Of a stretch of 64,000 nucleotides of DNA, positions 52,037 to 63,461 are shown one piece after another. The translations under genes were made by a program, and so were the position numbers. Source of the stretch: Isurus oxyrinchus (taxonomy: Eukaryota); contig JANJGN010000019.1 in the NCBI GenBank assembly GCA_026770705.1, positions 18,786,001 to 18,850,000 on the forward strand, written 5' to 3'. Position 1 is the stretch's first letter, and every line of letters starts with the position of its first letter. A model generated the notes under the pieces. It saw only the letters and a list, made by a program, of their open reading frames with translations, was not told where the DNA came from and made no database searches.

Positions 52037-52303
52037 CCACACAGTTGTTATTATCATCTAGGGTGTAGCCAAAACGACAGACCAGAGATCTCGGGGGAAC
52101 AGGATATCTGGGTATTGAGGCTGGTTGGTAGCCGGAAGTTTCAGAGCGCCCTGTTGGTGAAGATGCAGGGTATGTTGGGTTGGATGGTCCATTTGCCAGG
52201 ACAAGTGCAGCAGTCCTGGGCAAGCACAAGTATCCACCATTGTGATTGATACATCTCATGTCCCCTTTACAGGCATCTGGGATGGTTTGGCACTCGTTGA
52301 CAT
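52037..52303 (-). CDS. fbln5: Fibulin-5 exon (human exon 4 equivalent): modified first cbEGF domain with Pro/Ser-rich insertion
   Basis: ctccacag|AT GTC AAC GAG TGC...TGT GTG G|gtatgt; 267 nt. Encodes [31 protein letters not shown]...[25 protein letters not shown]; the C-terminal part matches FBLN5 (RPLICRFGYQMDESNQCV). Confidence 0.96.
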
Positions 52304-52759
52304 CTGTGGAGATTTTAAAAAGAGAACAATTGAGAGGTCACTTTGACTTTTACTCATTGTCCTTGTTGGCCACTTGCCTACATAAACTCACTTGAGCATT
52401 TGCAATTCTTCTACCAGCAGTTTTGTCTTATTGAGTCACTGAGTGGTTGCCATAATAGGATTTGACTATCCTTCTCCCTCCCTAATAAAAAGTATGGCAA
52501 TCAATGGATCATTCCACCAGCAGAGTGTGATCTGAAATCATGGTGACACAGATCCAGTGCTAAAATAGAGGGACGGTGTGATGTTCAGCAAGGTTTCAGC
52601 ATCATGGGTACAAGTGCTGCACTGTTAGAGTGCCACCTTTTGGTTGTGAAGTTAAATCAAGATCTTTTTTCCTGGTTTGGATGGAGGTTAAAAATTCCAT
52701 AGCAATATTTGAAGAGCAGGGAGCGCTGCAAATGTGCTGGCAGACGTTCCTCCATCAAG

Positions 52760-53170
52760 GTGTCAGCCTTGGCTTAATCGCAGCACACTCACCTCTAAGT
52801 CAAAAGTTTGATGTCTCCAAGCCTGATTTCTGGGACTTCAGCACATAATCCGGGCTGACACTTTAGTGTAGTGCTGAGGGTGCACTGCACTGCCAAAGGT
52901 GCTTTTTCCTTCAGATGAAACATTAATCTGAAACCCCAAGTGCCCTCTCGGGTGGATGTAAAAGATCCCAAAGCACTACTTCCATGGCATTATTTAACAA
53001 TTTAAAAAAGAGCAGTGGAGTTCTCCTTGTGTTTACCAACCAATATCACTGAAACGGAATATCTGCTCATGAACCTCTCTACTCTTTGTGGTACATTACT
53101 CTGTTTCCCCACATTACAACAGTGACTTCAAAGGCACTTCATTGGTTATAGAGTACTTTGGGATATCTTG
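52760..53170 (+). mobile_element. Deu-domain SINE copy
   Basis: ggtggatgtaaaagatccca...acattacaacagtgacttcaaaggcacttcattgg blocks. Confidence 0.72.
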
Positions 53171-53377
53171 ATGAAATGGCTCTATCCTTTAAACGATAGA
53201 ACAAAGGACAAATTAACTTCTCGTTCATCTCATGATGTTTGATGGATCTTGGTACACTTAAAATGGTAGCCCCATTTGCTTAAAAAAAGCAACAATCACT
53301 TTACTTCAATAATATTTACTGTAGCATTTGGGATGTTTGGAGATGTGATAAAATGCTGCGTAACCTAGAAGTCTCAC

Positions 53378-53426
53378 CTTTACATTGTCCAGTCAAACGG
53401 TCCAACCGATATCCATCAGAGCACTG
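53378..53426 (-). CDS. fbln5: Fibulin-5 exon (human exon 3 equivalent): QCSDGYRLDRLTGQCK-(D)
   Basis: tttatttccag|CAG TGC TCT GAT GGA...TGT AAA G|gtgaga; 49 nt, phase 0 to phase 1. Similar to human QCTNGFDLDRQSGQCL. Confidence 0.92.
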
Positions 53427-53973
53427 CTGGAAATAAACATCACAAAACAATCCCTTTATTTAAACATACATCAAAATAAGCAGGGAATCTTCATTTGCTG
53501 ATTTGTCGGTATTCATCAGGTAACTTTTTTCCTGATTCCCAAGTTCTGGTAAATTTTTCCTATAATTCTGGTGTAGGTCAGCTTTTCATGTCTTAATTAT
53601 GCTTGTGGTAGTTTTCCAATTTTTATTTTAATTGTGCAAAAGAAATGTTTAGTACTCACTGCTTCAATCATTCAGTGTGGTAGAACAACTTGGGCCTCAA
53701 TGTTTCTATAACAATCATCAGTATCTTAGCAAGGTCACTCACTCTAGACAGCTAAGAAACAGGAAATACCAACAGGGGGGACACAAAATAGTGACAACAT
53801 CCAGGGATTTTCCTCAGGGATAAGGCTGAAGCACGTGCTGCTCTCCAATAAAAACGACTGATACTTCTTATTTATTCATCTTCCTCCTTCACAATTTTGA
53901 CAGACACCAAATAACCATTTAAGATGGAACTGACTGCAAGTGGAGATCACAAACAAACGTCTAACACTCAATA

Positions 53974-54277
53974 TGAACATACGAATTAGGAGAAGGAGTA
54001 GGCTGTTCGGCCCTTCGAGCCTGCTCCACCATTCAATAAGATCTGATTGTGGCCTCAATTACACTTTCCTTCCTACCCTCTATACCCTTTGACTCCCTTG
54101 TCAATCAAGAATCTGTCTAGCTCAGCCCTAAAAATATTCAGTGACCCTGCCTCCACTGCTGTCTGGGGTGAGAGTTCCACAGGCTCACAATCATCTGAGA
54201 GAAAAAACTTCTCCATCCCCGTCTTAAATGGGAGACGCCTTATTTTTAGACTGTGTCCACTAGTTCTAGTCTCTCCC
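53974..54277 (-). mobile_element. CR1 3' end
   Basis: GETRTSGHSLKIR...FRAELDRFL; same tail type as 44040-44520. Confidence 0.85.
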
Positions 54278-54649
54278 ATTCAAACTACATTATTGTGGGT
54301 ATTTTTTCTATGTAGCCATTAATCCGTTTCTTGTAGATGGGTTAGGGCCTTTGTTAAATGAGTGCACACTGAAATACAATGTGAAGTGAATTCTAGCAAT
54401 TGGAAGTTCCACACCTTGGTATAGTTTCTTGGTTCCAATTGACTAATTTGCCTGTTTAATGGTGTACCACATTCTGATTCCCCAACACCAACCACCAAAA
54501 ATTATCTTTAACTATTTACCTTCACAATCCTTACAAAGTTTTAAATATTTCTACATAAATGCCAACCATTTGTCTTTCACAAGACAACAAGCATGTTGCA
54601 GTCATGATCCCCTTGATTACATTTGCAGACTAAAGTAAAAACTTCTCTC

Positions 54650-55190
54650 AGCTCTGATCCAGCCCCAAGTATTGCTCCCTCATCTGACCCCTAGCACTGT
54701 TCCCACCTCTGACCCCCAGCACTGCTCCCACATCTGACCCCCAGCACTGCTCTCACCTCTGACCCCCAGCACTGTTCCCACCTCTGACCCCCATCATTGT
54801 TCCTACTTCTGACCCCACCCCAGCACTGCTCCCAGCTCTGACCCCCAGCGCTGCTCCCACATCTGACCCCCAGCACTGTTCCCACCTCTGACCCCCATCA
54901 CTGTTCCTACCTCTGATCCCCCAGCACTGGTCCCAGCTCTGATCCCCCCAGCACTGCTCCCAGATCTGACCCCCAGCACTGCTCCCAGCTCTGATCCCCC
55001 AGCACTGCTCCTAGCTCTGACCCCCAGCACTGCTCCTAGCTCTGACCCCCAGCACTACTCCCAGCTCTGACCCCCAGCTCTGCTCCCACCTCTGACCCCC
55101 CGCCAGTATTGCCCCCAGTTCTGACCCCCAGCACTGTTCCCACCTCTGACCCTTAGCAATGCCCCCATCTCTGACCCTTAGCAGTGCTGT
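54650..55190. repeat. Minisatellite with a unit of about 25 bp (TCTGACCCCCAGCACTGCTCCCACC), roughly 20 copies, with decayed units out to about 55440
   Basis: Read directly from the sequence. Confidence 0.92.
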
Positions 55191-55699
55191 CACCACTGTC
55201 ATCCAGCATAAATATAAATTAATAAGTGGAAACTTCAATCACCTGCAGCTTCCTTCAAACTCAGGTGATGCCAGAAGTCTGTGTATGTCCAGGAGGACAG
55301 GCCTCTGACACCCAGAAATTCCCTCACCTCTGACCCCAAACATTGCTCCCACTTCTGATGCCTATCACTACTCTGACTGCTGACACCCAACATCCCTATC
55401 ATCTCCGAATCTCCAGCACACCTCCCACCTCTGACCCCAGCTATGCCTAAAATTCCAGCCCTTAAAGTACCTGTGAATGTTATCATTGATTCCCAATGCT
55501 GTATTCTTCCAAAAATTGATATTTTTTGTTTTTGACCTATATCAACTATTCACACATAAGCACTTCCGTCCTCATTCCAACAGAACAAGATCAGCCCTTC
55601 ATTCCTTCCATTGGCTAAGAATCTATTTTTTCTAAATTATGTACACTTCATTCGGGCTGTTGTAAAAACACCTTTCTAAAATTTCTCAGTGGTAATTAC

Positions 55700-55781
55700 C
55701 GTAAATGACACAGCTGAATCAACCTCCTGAGCACCCCCAGCTTGGATCAGCAGCACCATCAGTAGCAACACAGTCAGCATC
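55700..55781 (-). CDS. fbln5: Fibulin-5 signal-peptide exon (equivalent to human exon 2): g-MLTVLLLMVLLIQAGGAQEVDSAVSFT
   Basis: Minus strand reads ttctgtttgcag|G ATG CTG ACT GTG...TTT ACG|gtaatt. It is 82 nt, encodes a hydrophobic leader and ends in phase 0, matching the next exon. It resembles human ILTVTILALCL...AQ. Not in the ORF track. Confidence 0.8.
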
Positions 55782-56179
55782 CTGCAAACAGAACCAACAA
55801 AGAGAAAACAAATGATGCATTGCAATGGGAATTCAATCATTCATTCATTTCTTTGTTCACTCATTCATTCATTCCCACCACATACTTACTTCCATGCACA
55901 ACCCTCCAGAATTAAAAAATGGTTTCAATACTCTCCAATGGCCCTTAGAGTTTTTGCTATAATTGGAACAAAAATACAGGATATCTCATGGGCTCTAAAA
56001 TTTTACAAGATTTATAAGTTCAGATACATAACTGTTTATCACACAGGCACTGAAGGCCAGTGTCCTTTTCCTGTTGGACTGTGTGGTTTTCTAGTTCACG
56101 AGCTCAGAACAACAGCATTTATATAGCACCTTTAACTTAAATGTCTCAAGGTGCTTCATAAACATTATCATAAACCAAG

Positions 56180-56752
56180 TCACAATCACACCACACAAGC
56201 GTCAGGCAATGATTATCTCCAACAAGAGAGAATCTAACCATCTAATGCCCACCATCAACAGCTTGGGCATACCATTGGCCAGCCACTTAACTGGACCAGC
56301 TTTATAAATACTGTGGTAGGTCAGAGACTTGGAATTGTGTGGCGAGTAACTCACCTCTTGACTTCCCAAAGCCTGTCCACCTTTTGCAGGGCACAAGTCA
56401 TCAGTGGGATGGAATACTCTCCACTTAGAATACTCAAGGAGCTCAACACCGTCCAGGACCCTATTCACTACCTTAAACATTCAATCCCTTCAGCATCAAT
56501 GCACAGTGGCAACAGCATGTACCACCTACAAATGCACTATAGCAACCCACCAAAGCTTTAGCACCTTCCAAATCTACAATCCCTACCACCTCCTAGAAGG
56601 ACAAGAACAGCAGATTCATCAACACTGTAGGCATACCTATACCACATGAACTGCAGCAGCTCACCGCCATTTTCTCAAGGGCAATATGGGATGGGCAGTA
56701 AATGCTGGGCTTATCAATGATGCTCACATTCCATGAACAAATTGAAAAAAAA
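56180..56752 (+). mobile_element. Degenerate 3' fragment of the 5970-7184 LINE family
   Basis: GQRLGIVWRVTHLLTSQSLST; tail ctcaagggcaat..gggatgggcagtaaatgctgg. Confidence 0.8.
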
Positions 56753-57408
56753 GGAGATATTAGGAGATATTAAACAAAAGCTTGGTCAATTGTAGGTTTA
56801 AGGAGCATTGTAAAGGAAGAGAAGGAGGTAAAGAGGCTTGAGGAGGGAATTCCAGAGCTTAGAAGATAGGTAAGATGGCCATTCAGCCCATCTTCATTCA
56901 TTTCCCCAGAATGATTCTAAGCGTCATTCCCACACAGCTGCTTCGTGAATTATTCATAAGTGATGGCAGATGTTGAATAAACCAGGTTGTTAGGGCAGTG
57001 TGTTCAGGTGATAAGACAAAAAGCAAACATTGTATATATTATCTATCTTGATTGCCTCCAAGGCACTGAGCATCTGCAATGCTCCTGAGTTTCTGCCATT
57101 CAGCAGTACAAATGTCATAAAGAGATTTAAAGATAAAAGAACCACATTGGACCTCAGGTATGCAGCACTTATTAGATGCCCCTTGTGCCCCCCTCTCCTG
57201 ATAGGAAAAGCGGCCCTCGCAACTCTTGAATGCACGATATTCTACCCGCAAACCCATCAGCATTTGGATTTTAAAAATAACCCAAAAAACTTGCATTTGT
57301 GACATCTCTCAGCAAGAATTCTTCATGATAAATCACATTGTGGCAGTAGAATTACAGTCGTTTGGGGCACAGGAAGGTCACACAAACAGCCATGATTTGA
57401 ATGGCCAT

Positions 57409-58710
57409 GGGCAGAATCATCCCAGATTTGCACAAAGTGCGGTAGTGGGCAGGAGAAAAGTCATTTTACCCACCGGCCGCATTGGCGGGTTTTTGTGCTG
57501 TATCTTCGCAATCCCACCTCATTAATTATGCAGCCACAGGAGAAACGCCATGTCACTGGCGGGCGGTCTCCAATTTGCCCACCACGCTGTTAGCTCGCTT
57601 CTTCCTCACACAGGGCGTCATGTTTAAACTGCAGCTGTGCGCACACTTCTCAACGCTTGCAGCACAGGACTGTTCCGTTGAAGACATGGCCCCAAAAGCC
57701 AAGAAGAGTGCAGCCCCCCCATTCAGTGACGCATCCCTCTGATGCCTTCTGGATGCTGTGGAGGCCCAATGCGATGCCCTTTACTCCTGCTCTGGCCTCA
57801 GGAGGCCCAACAGTCTCACCACTCTGGCTTGGGAGGCAGTGGCACAGCTGGTCAGTGCCAATGCTGCACACATGAGGTCGGGCCATCCAGTGCAGAAAAC
57901 AGATGAAATCTCATCCGTTCCACCAGGGTAAAACAACCATCATATCACTTTAAACTCACACACTCACAAGCCCATCACACATTCACTGGCATCTCACTCA
58001 CTGCCAACTCAAGAGACATCACCGCTCTCTCTCTCACACCCATATTTCTATTTGGCCTCATCTGCTCTGGAAACTTCCTCCTCAGACCTCACCATCTTGA
58101 GGCCACTTGCACAGATCAACATGTGCCCCTACACACCCTGGGATAGCCCCCTTCCCCAGTAGAGACCCTGCCCTGCAGCCTCTTCCCTTGCCTGAGGCCA
58201 CTTCTTCCCCTTCCCCAAGCAAGCTGTAGCCCCGCAGCCATTGAAAAGCCTCCTCTGCCTTACGGTTGGTCTGGTAGGTAAAGACCTGCCCATGAGCCTC
58301 CCTAAAAGTGATGTGGTGCTGCTTGCGAAGCCTGGTGCTGATGACTACGAGCGCTGCCCGAAGCAAGATAGGCAAACAAACCTTGAAGTCTCGAGCAAAG
58401 TGCAGCTCACCAGGCGCATGTCGCTCATGTACATTTGTGAAAGACGTTGGCGTACAATCAGCCCAGATGATTAAGTGTGGGGTGACGATTCTGGCGAGCA
58501 GGACTTATAATGAGATGCTAAAGTATTGAAATTAGATTCCTGACATGCGGCAGTGGGAAACGCATTCAGCCATTGACAGGCAGGGTGGACAATCGCAAAC
58601 TGGTTTCACGACAGGGTGAAACCAATTTTTGGCCTTCTCACCATATTGTCCCCCACCCCCACCACCACCACCATGACGCCCAACAGCAGGGGGCAGGAAA
58701 ATTCCGGCCC
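57409..58710 (+). mobile_element. Non-autonomous Harbinger derivative with a Myb/SANT-like partner-gene remnant (57686-57927)
   Basis: Ends gggcagaatcat / aaattccggccc. Frame MAPKAKKSAAPPFSDASL*CLLDAVEAQCDALY...AWEAVAQLVSA...IQCRK is typical of Harbinger Myb-like proteins. Confidence 0.75.
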
Positions 58711-59164
58711 ACGTAACTGCTATTTGAAGCAGCTCCCTTCTCTCTAAATAGTGCCACTGGATCTTGAACACCCACTTGAGCAACTCAGTAGGCAGATGGG
58801 ATCCTAATTTAACATCTCATTGATGGACTGGACCTGTGACAGTGCAGGGTTCCCTCACTACTGCACTGAAGTGTCTAGGGTGGGACTTGACCCGAGAACC
58901 TTCTGAATCAGGCACAGGAGTGCTAATAACTGAACTAAGATGACTCCTGCCAACATTGCGTCACTTGGTCAGATGTTCAACAACTTCAGTCGATTTTGTA
59001 ATGATTTGCCTAGTTGTCCCAGCTAAAGGATGGAAACAACCTTCTCATTTCTAAACTGTGCGAAAAGAGATCTTTTCCTTCCTGATAAGATTCCAAAACT
59101 GTTACCCAGGATGTGACAGAAACACTTGGAATATTTATCTGGCAAGGTAAATTGGCAACAGATA

Positions 59165-59862
59165 GGGCAGAATATTGCCATTGAGGTGTGGGGGAGGGCC
59201 CAACACACCGACATGTAAAATGATGCGTGATGACATCGAGCGTGCATCCCAATGTCATAGCGCGTCATTTCAATATTGCGTTCGGCAGGTGCACAATGGA
59301 GGCGGCTGCATGCCCACTGAACTGTCAAAGGCCTATTAAGGCCATTAAAAAAGTCATTGATGTTGTTAACAGCACTGCCCATCCAACCTTAATGTTGGCC
59401 AGCAGGCAAAGAGCCCAAATGACCTCTGTGTTTTTCAGGAAACCTCATCCTCATGTGGGATGAGGTTTCCTGTAGGTTTAGTAAAATAATTAAATTAATT
59501 TTGAAAGATGCACAAACATGTCCCAGCTCATGTGACACTGTCACATGAGGGGACATGTTTAAATAACTTTTTAGGTCATTTATTGAAAATTTTCATTATC
59601 AATTTTCTTAATCTCCCTGAGGCAGCTCTGTGCCTCAGAAAGATTGCTGCATCCTTTCGCACACATGCATGAAAGAGCACAGATCCCGACTCTCCCTCCT
59701 CCCCCAGCCCACACAGGTAGCGCTGAGCGCTACTGGCCGCGTATTACGCTGGATGGGCCTTAATTGACCCGCCCATGAAAAATGGTGACACGCAGCCGAT
59801 CGCCTCCATGCCCACCCCCACAGACTCCCACCCAGCCCGCCGACATAGGTAAGATTCAGCCC
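59165..59862. mobile_element. Complete Harbinger-type MITE with 3-bp TSD (ATA)
   Basis: ata-gggcagaatatt...aagattcagccc-ata; homologous to 15690-16285. Confidence 0.8.
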
Positions 59863-61109
59863 ATAAAATAACATTTTGAAGGCTACCAGTCAGCATGAAC
59901 TGGTCAAGGATATCAGCATAAATTAAAGTTCAGCCAGATAGATAAAGCCCTAGGATTCACGATGCACTGAGATAGCTACAGGACAGGGCACAATTTATTG
60001 CTATAAAGGATGTCACGTGTTTATAGCAAGCAAGCTTATTTGATAACATGCCAATTGAGTAATTTAGGATTGCCTAAAAAGTGGGAAATAAATAGGAGGT
60101 AATTATGGGAATGAATTTGAGTATTAAGATATTTATCGGCATGAGGCAGGATCATGGAACAAGGCAGCAGCAATTGTTTAGTTACAGTAATTTACTCTAA
60201 ATGTTTCCTGGGGTAATTTAATAAAAATTCTTAAATGTTTTTTCTCCCACAGAAACTGACAGAGAGGTAAGTAAACATGTGAATAATGGCAGTTCGCCAC
60301 TGCAAACACAAATTGGTGGTCTAAGCATTTTTATTGAATCAGTGTTGCCTGAGGAACATGCAATCAGCTCAGTTGATCTCATTCCTGACTTTGTGATCAT
60401 ATCAAAGCTGCATTAGGGTGTTGAATCTAAAAGACTGAGAAAGCCAAGTTCTTACAGTCTATTCTTACACTGCAGCCCTCTAAGCCCCAGTATCATTCTG
60501 GTGAATCAGTGCTACACTCCCCACAAGGCTAATATATCCTTCCTGTCCTTCATGCCCACAGTTGAATGCAGTTCTCCCAATGGGATCTGGCCAAGGCATT
60601 ATACACCTGAAGCATAACTTCCTGCCATTTATATTCAATCATTCCCCATGCCCACCCACCCCACTCCACACTTTGAGATAAAGACCAAATTCCATTAATC
60701 TTTTAAATTTATTTTTGTACCTGTCAACTAGCTTTCAATGATTTGTGTCCTTTGCTCCTCTATACACCCGAGTGTCTCACCATTTAGAAACTACTATGAT
60801 TTATCTTTCTTGAATCCAAAACAAATGACCTCACATTTGCCATAATGAACACTTCATTTGCATTGCTTAATTCATTCACATACTCTGCCAATGTCTCTTT
60901 GCAATTCCCTGCTCCTCCCTGCACTACTTGCTGTCTCTCCTAACTGAGAGTTGTTTGTTAACCTTAATCCCCTGTCCTCCAGTTTGGAACTCACAGTATG
61001 AGTTCCAAACTGGAGGACTCACATATCTATCATTTCAATTAACATTTTTTAAAAATCTGCAAATAGTTGATGTCACAAATGCCCTTTCTCTGATAAAACC
61101 AATACAATC

Positions 61110-61482
61110 TCCAGGGGACACAGCATAGTGGTAATGACATGGGACTAGTAATCCAGAAGCCCAGTCTAATGCTCTGGGGATATGTGTTCAAATCCTACCA
61201 TGGTAACTTAAATTCAATTAATAAATCTGGAAAATAAAGCTAGTTTCAGTGATAGTGACCATGATAATTATTATTGATTGTTGTAAAAAACCTATCTGGT
61301 TCACTAATTCCCCTTTAGGAAAGGAAATCTGTCATCTTTACCTGGTCTGGCCTCCATGTGACTCAAGACCCACAGCAAGGTGATTGACTCTTAACTGCCC
61401 TCTGAAATAGCAATAAGGGATGGGCAACAAATGCTGGCCTTGCCAGTGACACCCACATCTCATGAAAGAATACAGGGAAAAA
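61110..61482 (+). mobile_element. Near full-length tRNA-derived SINE with LINE-derived tail
   Basis: A-box-like cagcatagtggtaatg, B-box-like gttcaaatcc, body as at 2040-2345 and tail agggatgggcaacaaatgctggcc...catgaaagaa. Confidence 0.8.
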
Positions 61483-61562
61483 AACATGCATAATCTAGGA
61501 AACTATTGACCATTAGCTGAAAAAATGCTGATAGTTCCAATACAGCCCCAAACAAAGACAAT

Positions 61563-62257
61563 GGGCTGAATCTCCTCTGGAAACCATGTTGGCATGGAGT
61601 CAACATGCTCCACAGTGACCCAACTCACAGCCATAAAGACTGATTAACAAAGATCAAATGGGGCTTCTGCCCCTCGTTGAGGCAGACGACCCACCGTCTG
61701 CCAATCTGATTGGCTGGCAGCACCAGGAAGGTGTCTTATGGCTGCTTCTGGGATGGCTGGAGAAGAAAAGACCCCAAGATCTTGGATCCCCTGAGCAGAT
61801 AAGTCCAGCTCCAGGGCTGGGATGGCTTGGGTAGGTTAGGGAGAGGGGCACTGGTGGGGGTGGGTTTAAGGGAGGGAGTGGGTAAGAAGGAAGCAGGGGT
61901 TCAACCTAAGGAGGTGCTGCCCCACGTCCCTTCCTTCCCACCCTTTAACCACTTGAGGTGAAAAATTGGGTTTCCCACACCTGACCCAAACACTTTATAC
62001 GTGGGTGTACATTATCAGTATCAACTGAGTTGATAACAACCCTAATTGACCCTTAATTGTTCATTTAAATATAGTGGGCAGGCTGTCAATTTCAGCACCT
62101 ACCTGGCCCCTCACACCCGTATTATGATGGTGAGCTCAGGGTGGGTGGGAAGGTAGTGGGATAGGTGCCCAGTTTACATGCCCCTACCCCCACCCACCCC
62201 ATTTTACCTACCCTCCTCCGTGGGAACATGACCCCTGGAGCACATGAAATGCAGCCC
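61563..62257. mobile_element. Degenerate Harbinger-type MITE
   Basis: Ends gggctgaatct / aaatgcagccc; internal gccaatctgattggc. Confidence 0.5.
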
Positions 62258-62784
62258 AAGGAGTTGGACTGAAAATGTGTCCAGCATATCATCTCTTTTA
62301 TTGTAACAGGAAAGAACTAAAATATACTAAGTTGCAGTTTGCAACAATAATGACTTCAGAAATTAAAATGAATAGTTTTATTGGTAAAGTTAACTGTGTG
62401 TTAGACTGTGCCAGAGAAGATTAACAGATACTATAAAAAAAACTATTGGTCTATGTTCCGATCCTGCTTATTGTATTTCAGGCATCACACTTTTTCATCC
62501 TATTTTGTATATTTAATTTTTTTTTGCATTTGATTGACCAAAATCTTGTGCTAATAAAACAGCATCAAATCACAAGAGATAGGGGTCCAAATTTAATCTT
62601 GCTGTTAATGATTTTTTGTTGAAAATGTAACGGTGGAAAGATGAAAATGGTAAAACAAAACAACCGTCATCACTGTAGATTTGTAGGGGGAGAGCTTTAA
62701 CTTGGTGCTAGAAATAGGCAAGAGTTTTATTAATACATTGACAGTGCTAATGAACCAGTTGCGTTTTTAATGACAATCGGATGT

Positions 62785-63185
62785 ACCCGAATGGTTCCAG
62801 GGATGAGGGAAATTAACAACAAGGTTAGGTGGAGAAGCTCGGGCTATTCTCCTTGGGATAAAGAAGATTGAGGGAAATTTGATAGAGTGTACAAGATTAT
62901 GACAGGTTTAGATAAGGTAGACGAAGAAAAGCTGTTTCCATTAGCTGATGGTACAATGACTAGAAGACAGTTTTAAGGTTTTGGGCAAGAGATATTGGAG
63001 GGATGTAAGGAAGGGCTTTATTTCACACAGCGAATGACCTAGAACTCTCCACCCACGAGAGTAGTGCAAGTGAAGACAATCAATGATTTCAAAAGGAAAT
63101 TGGATGGCCACTTGCGGGAAATAAACTTGCTGGGCTACAGGGTTAGACTGGGTCACTAGTACTAACTGGATTGCTCTACAGTGAG
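62785..63185 (+). mobile_element. CR1 3' fragment
   Basis: gaatggttccagggatgagg and gtgtacaagattatgacaggtttagataaggtaga blocks. Confidence 0.75.
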
Positions 63186-63308
63186 CTTGTTAAGAATTTA
63201 ACCCAATTAATGAAGAATTTGAATATTTGCCAAGAGCAGGAGAGCAAAGAAAAAAACAACTTTTCACAAAACACAGAAAGATGTAGTTAGCCTTGAGACT
63301 GCTCATTA

Positions 63309-63461
63309 NNNNNNNNNNNNNNNNNNNNNNNNNNNNNNNNNNNNNNNNNNNNNNNNNNNNNNNNNNNNNNNNNNNNNNNNNNNNNNNNNNNNNNNNNNNN
63401 NNNNNNNNNNNNNNNNNNNNNNNNNNNNNNNNNNNNNNNNNNNNNNNNNNNNNNNNNNNNN
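63309..63461. other. Assembly gap (153 N)
   Basis: Run of N in the sequence. Confidence 0.99.

Noticed and set aside
54650-55190. CRISPR-like array
   Set aside because: The units are contiguous with no unique spacers, there are no cas genes, and the context is eukaryotic; it is a minisatellite.
61110-61205. tRNA gene (also SINE heads near 4085, 5255, 14400 and 48975)
   Set aside because: A/B-box-like motifs are present but there is no cloverleaf, and each runs into a SINE body.
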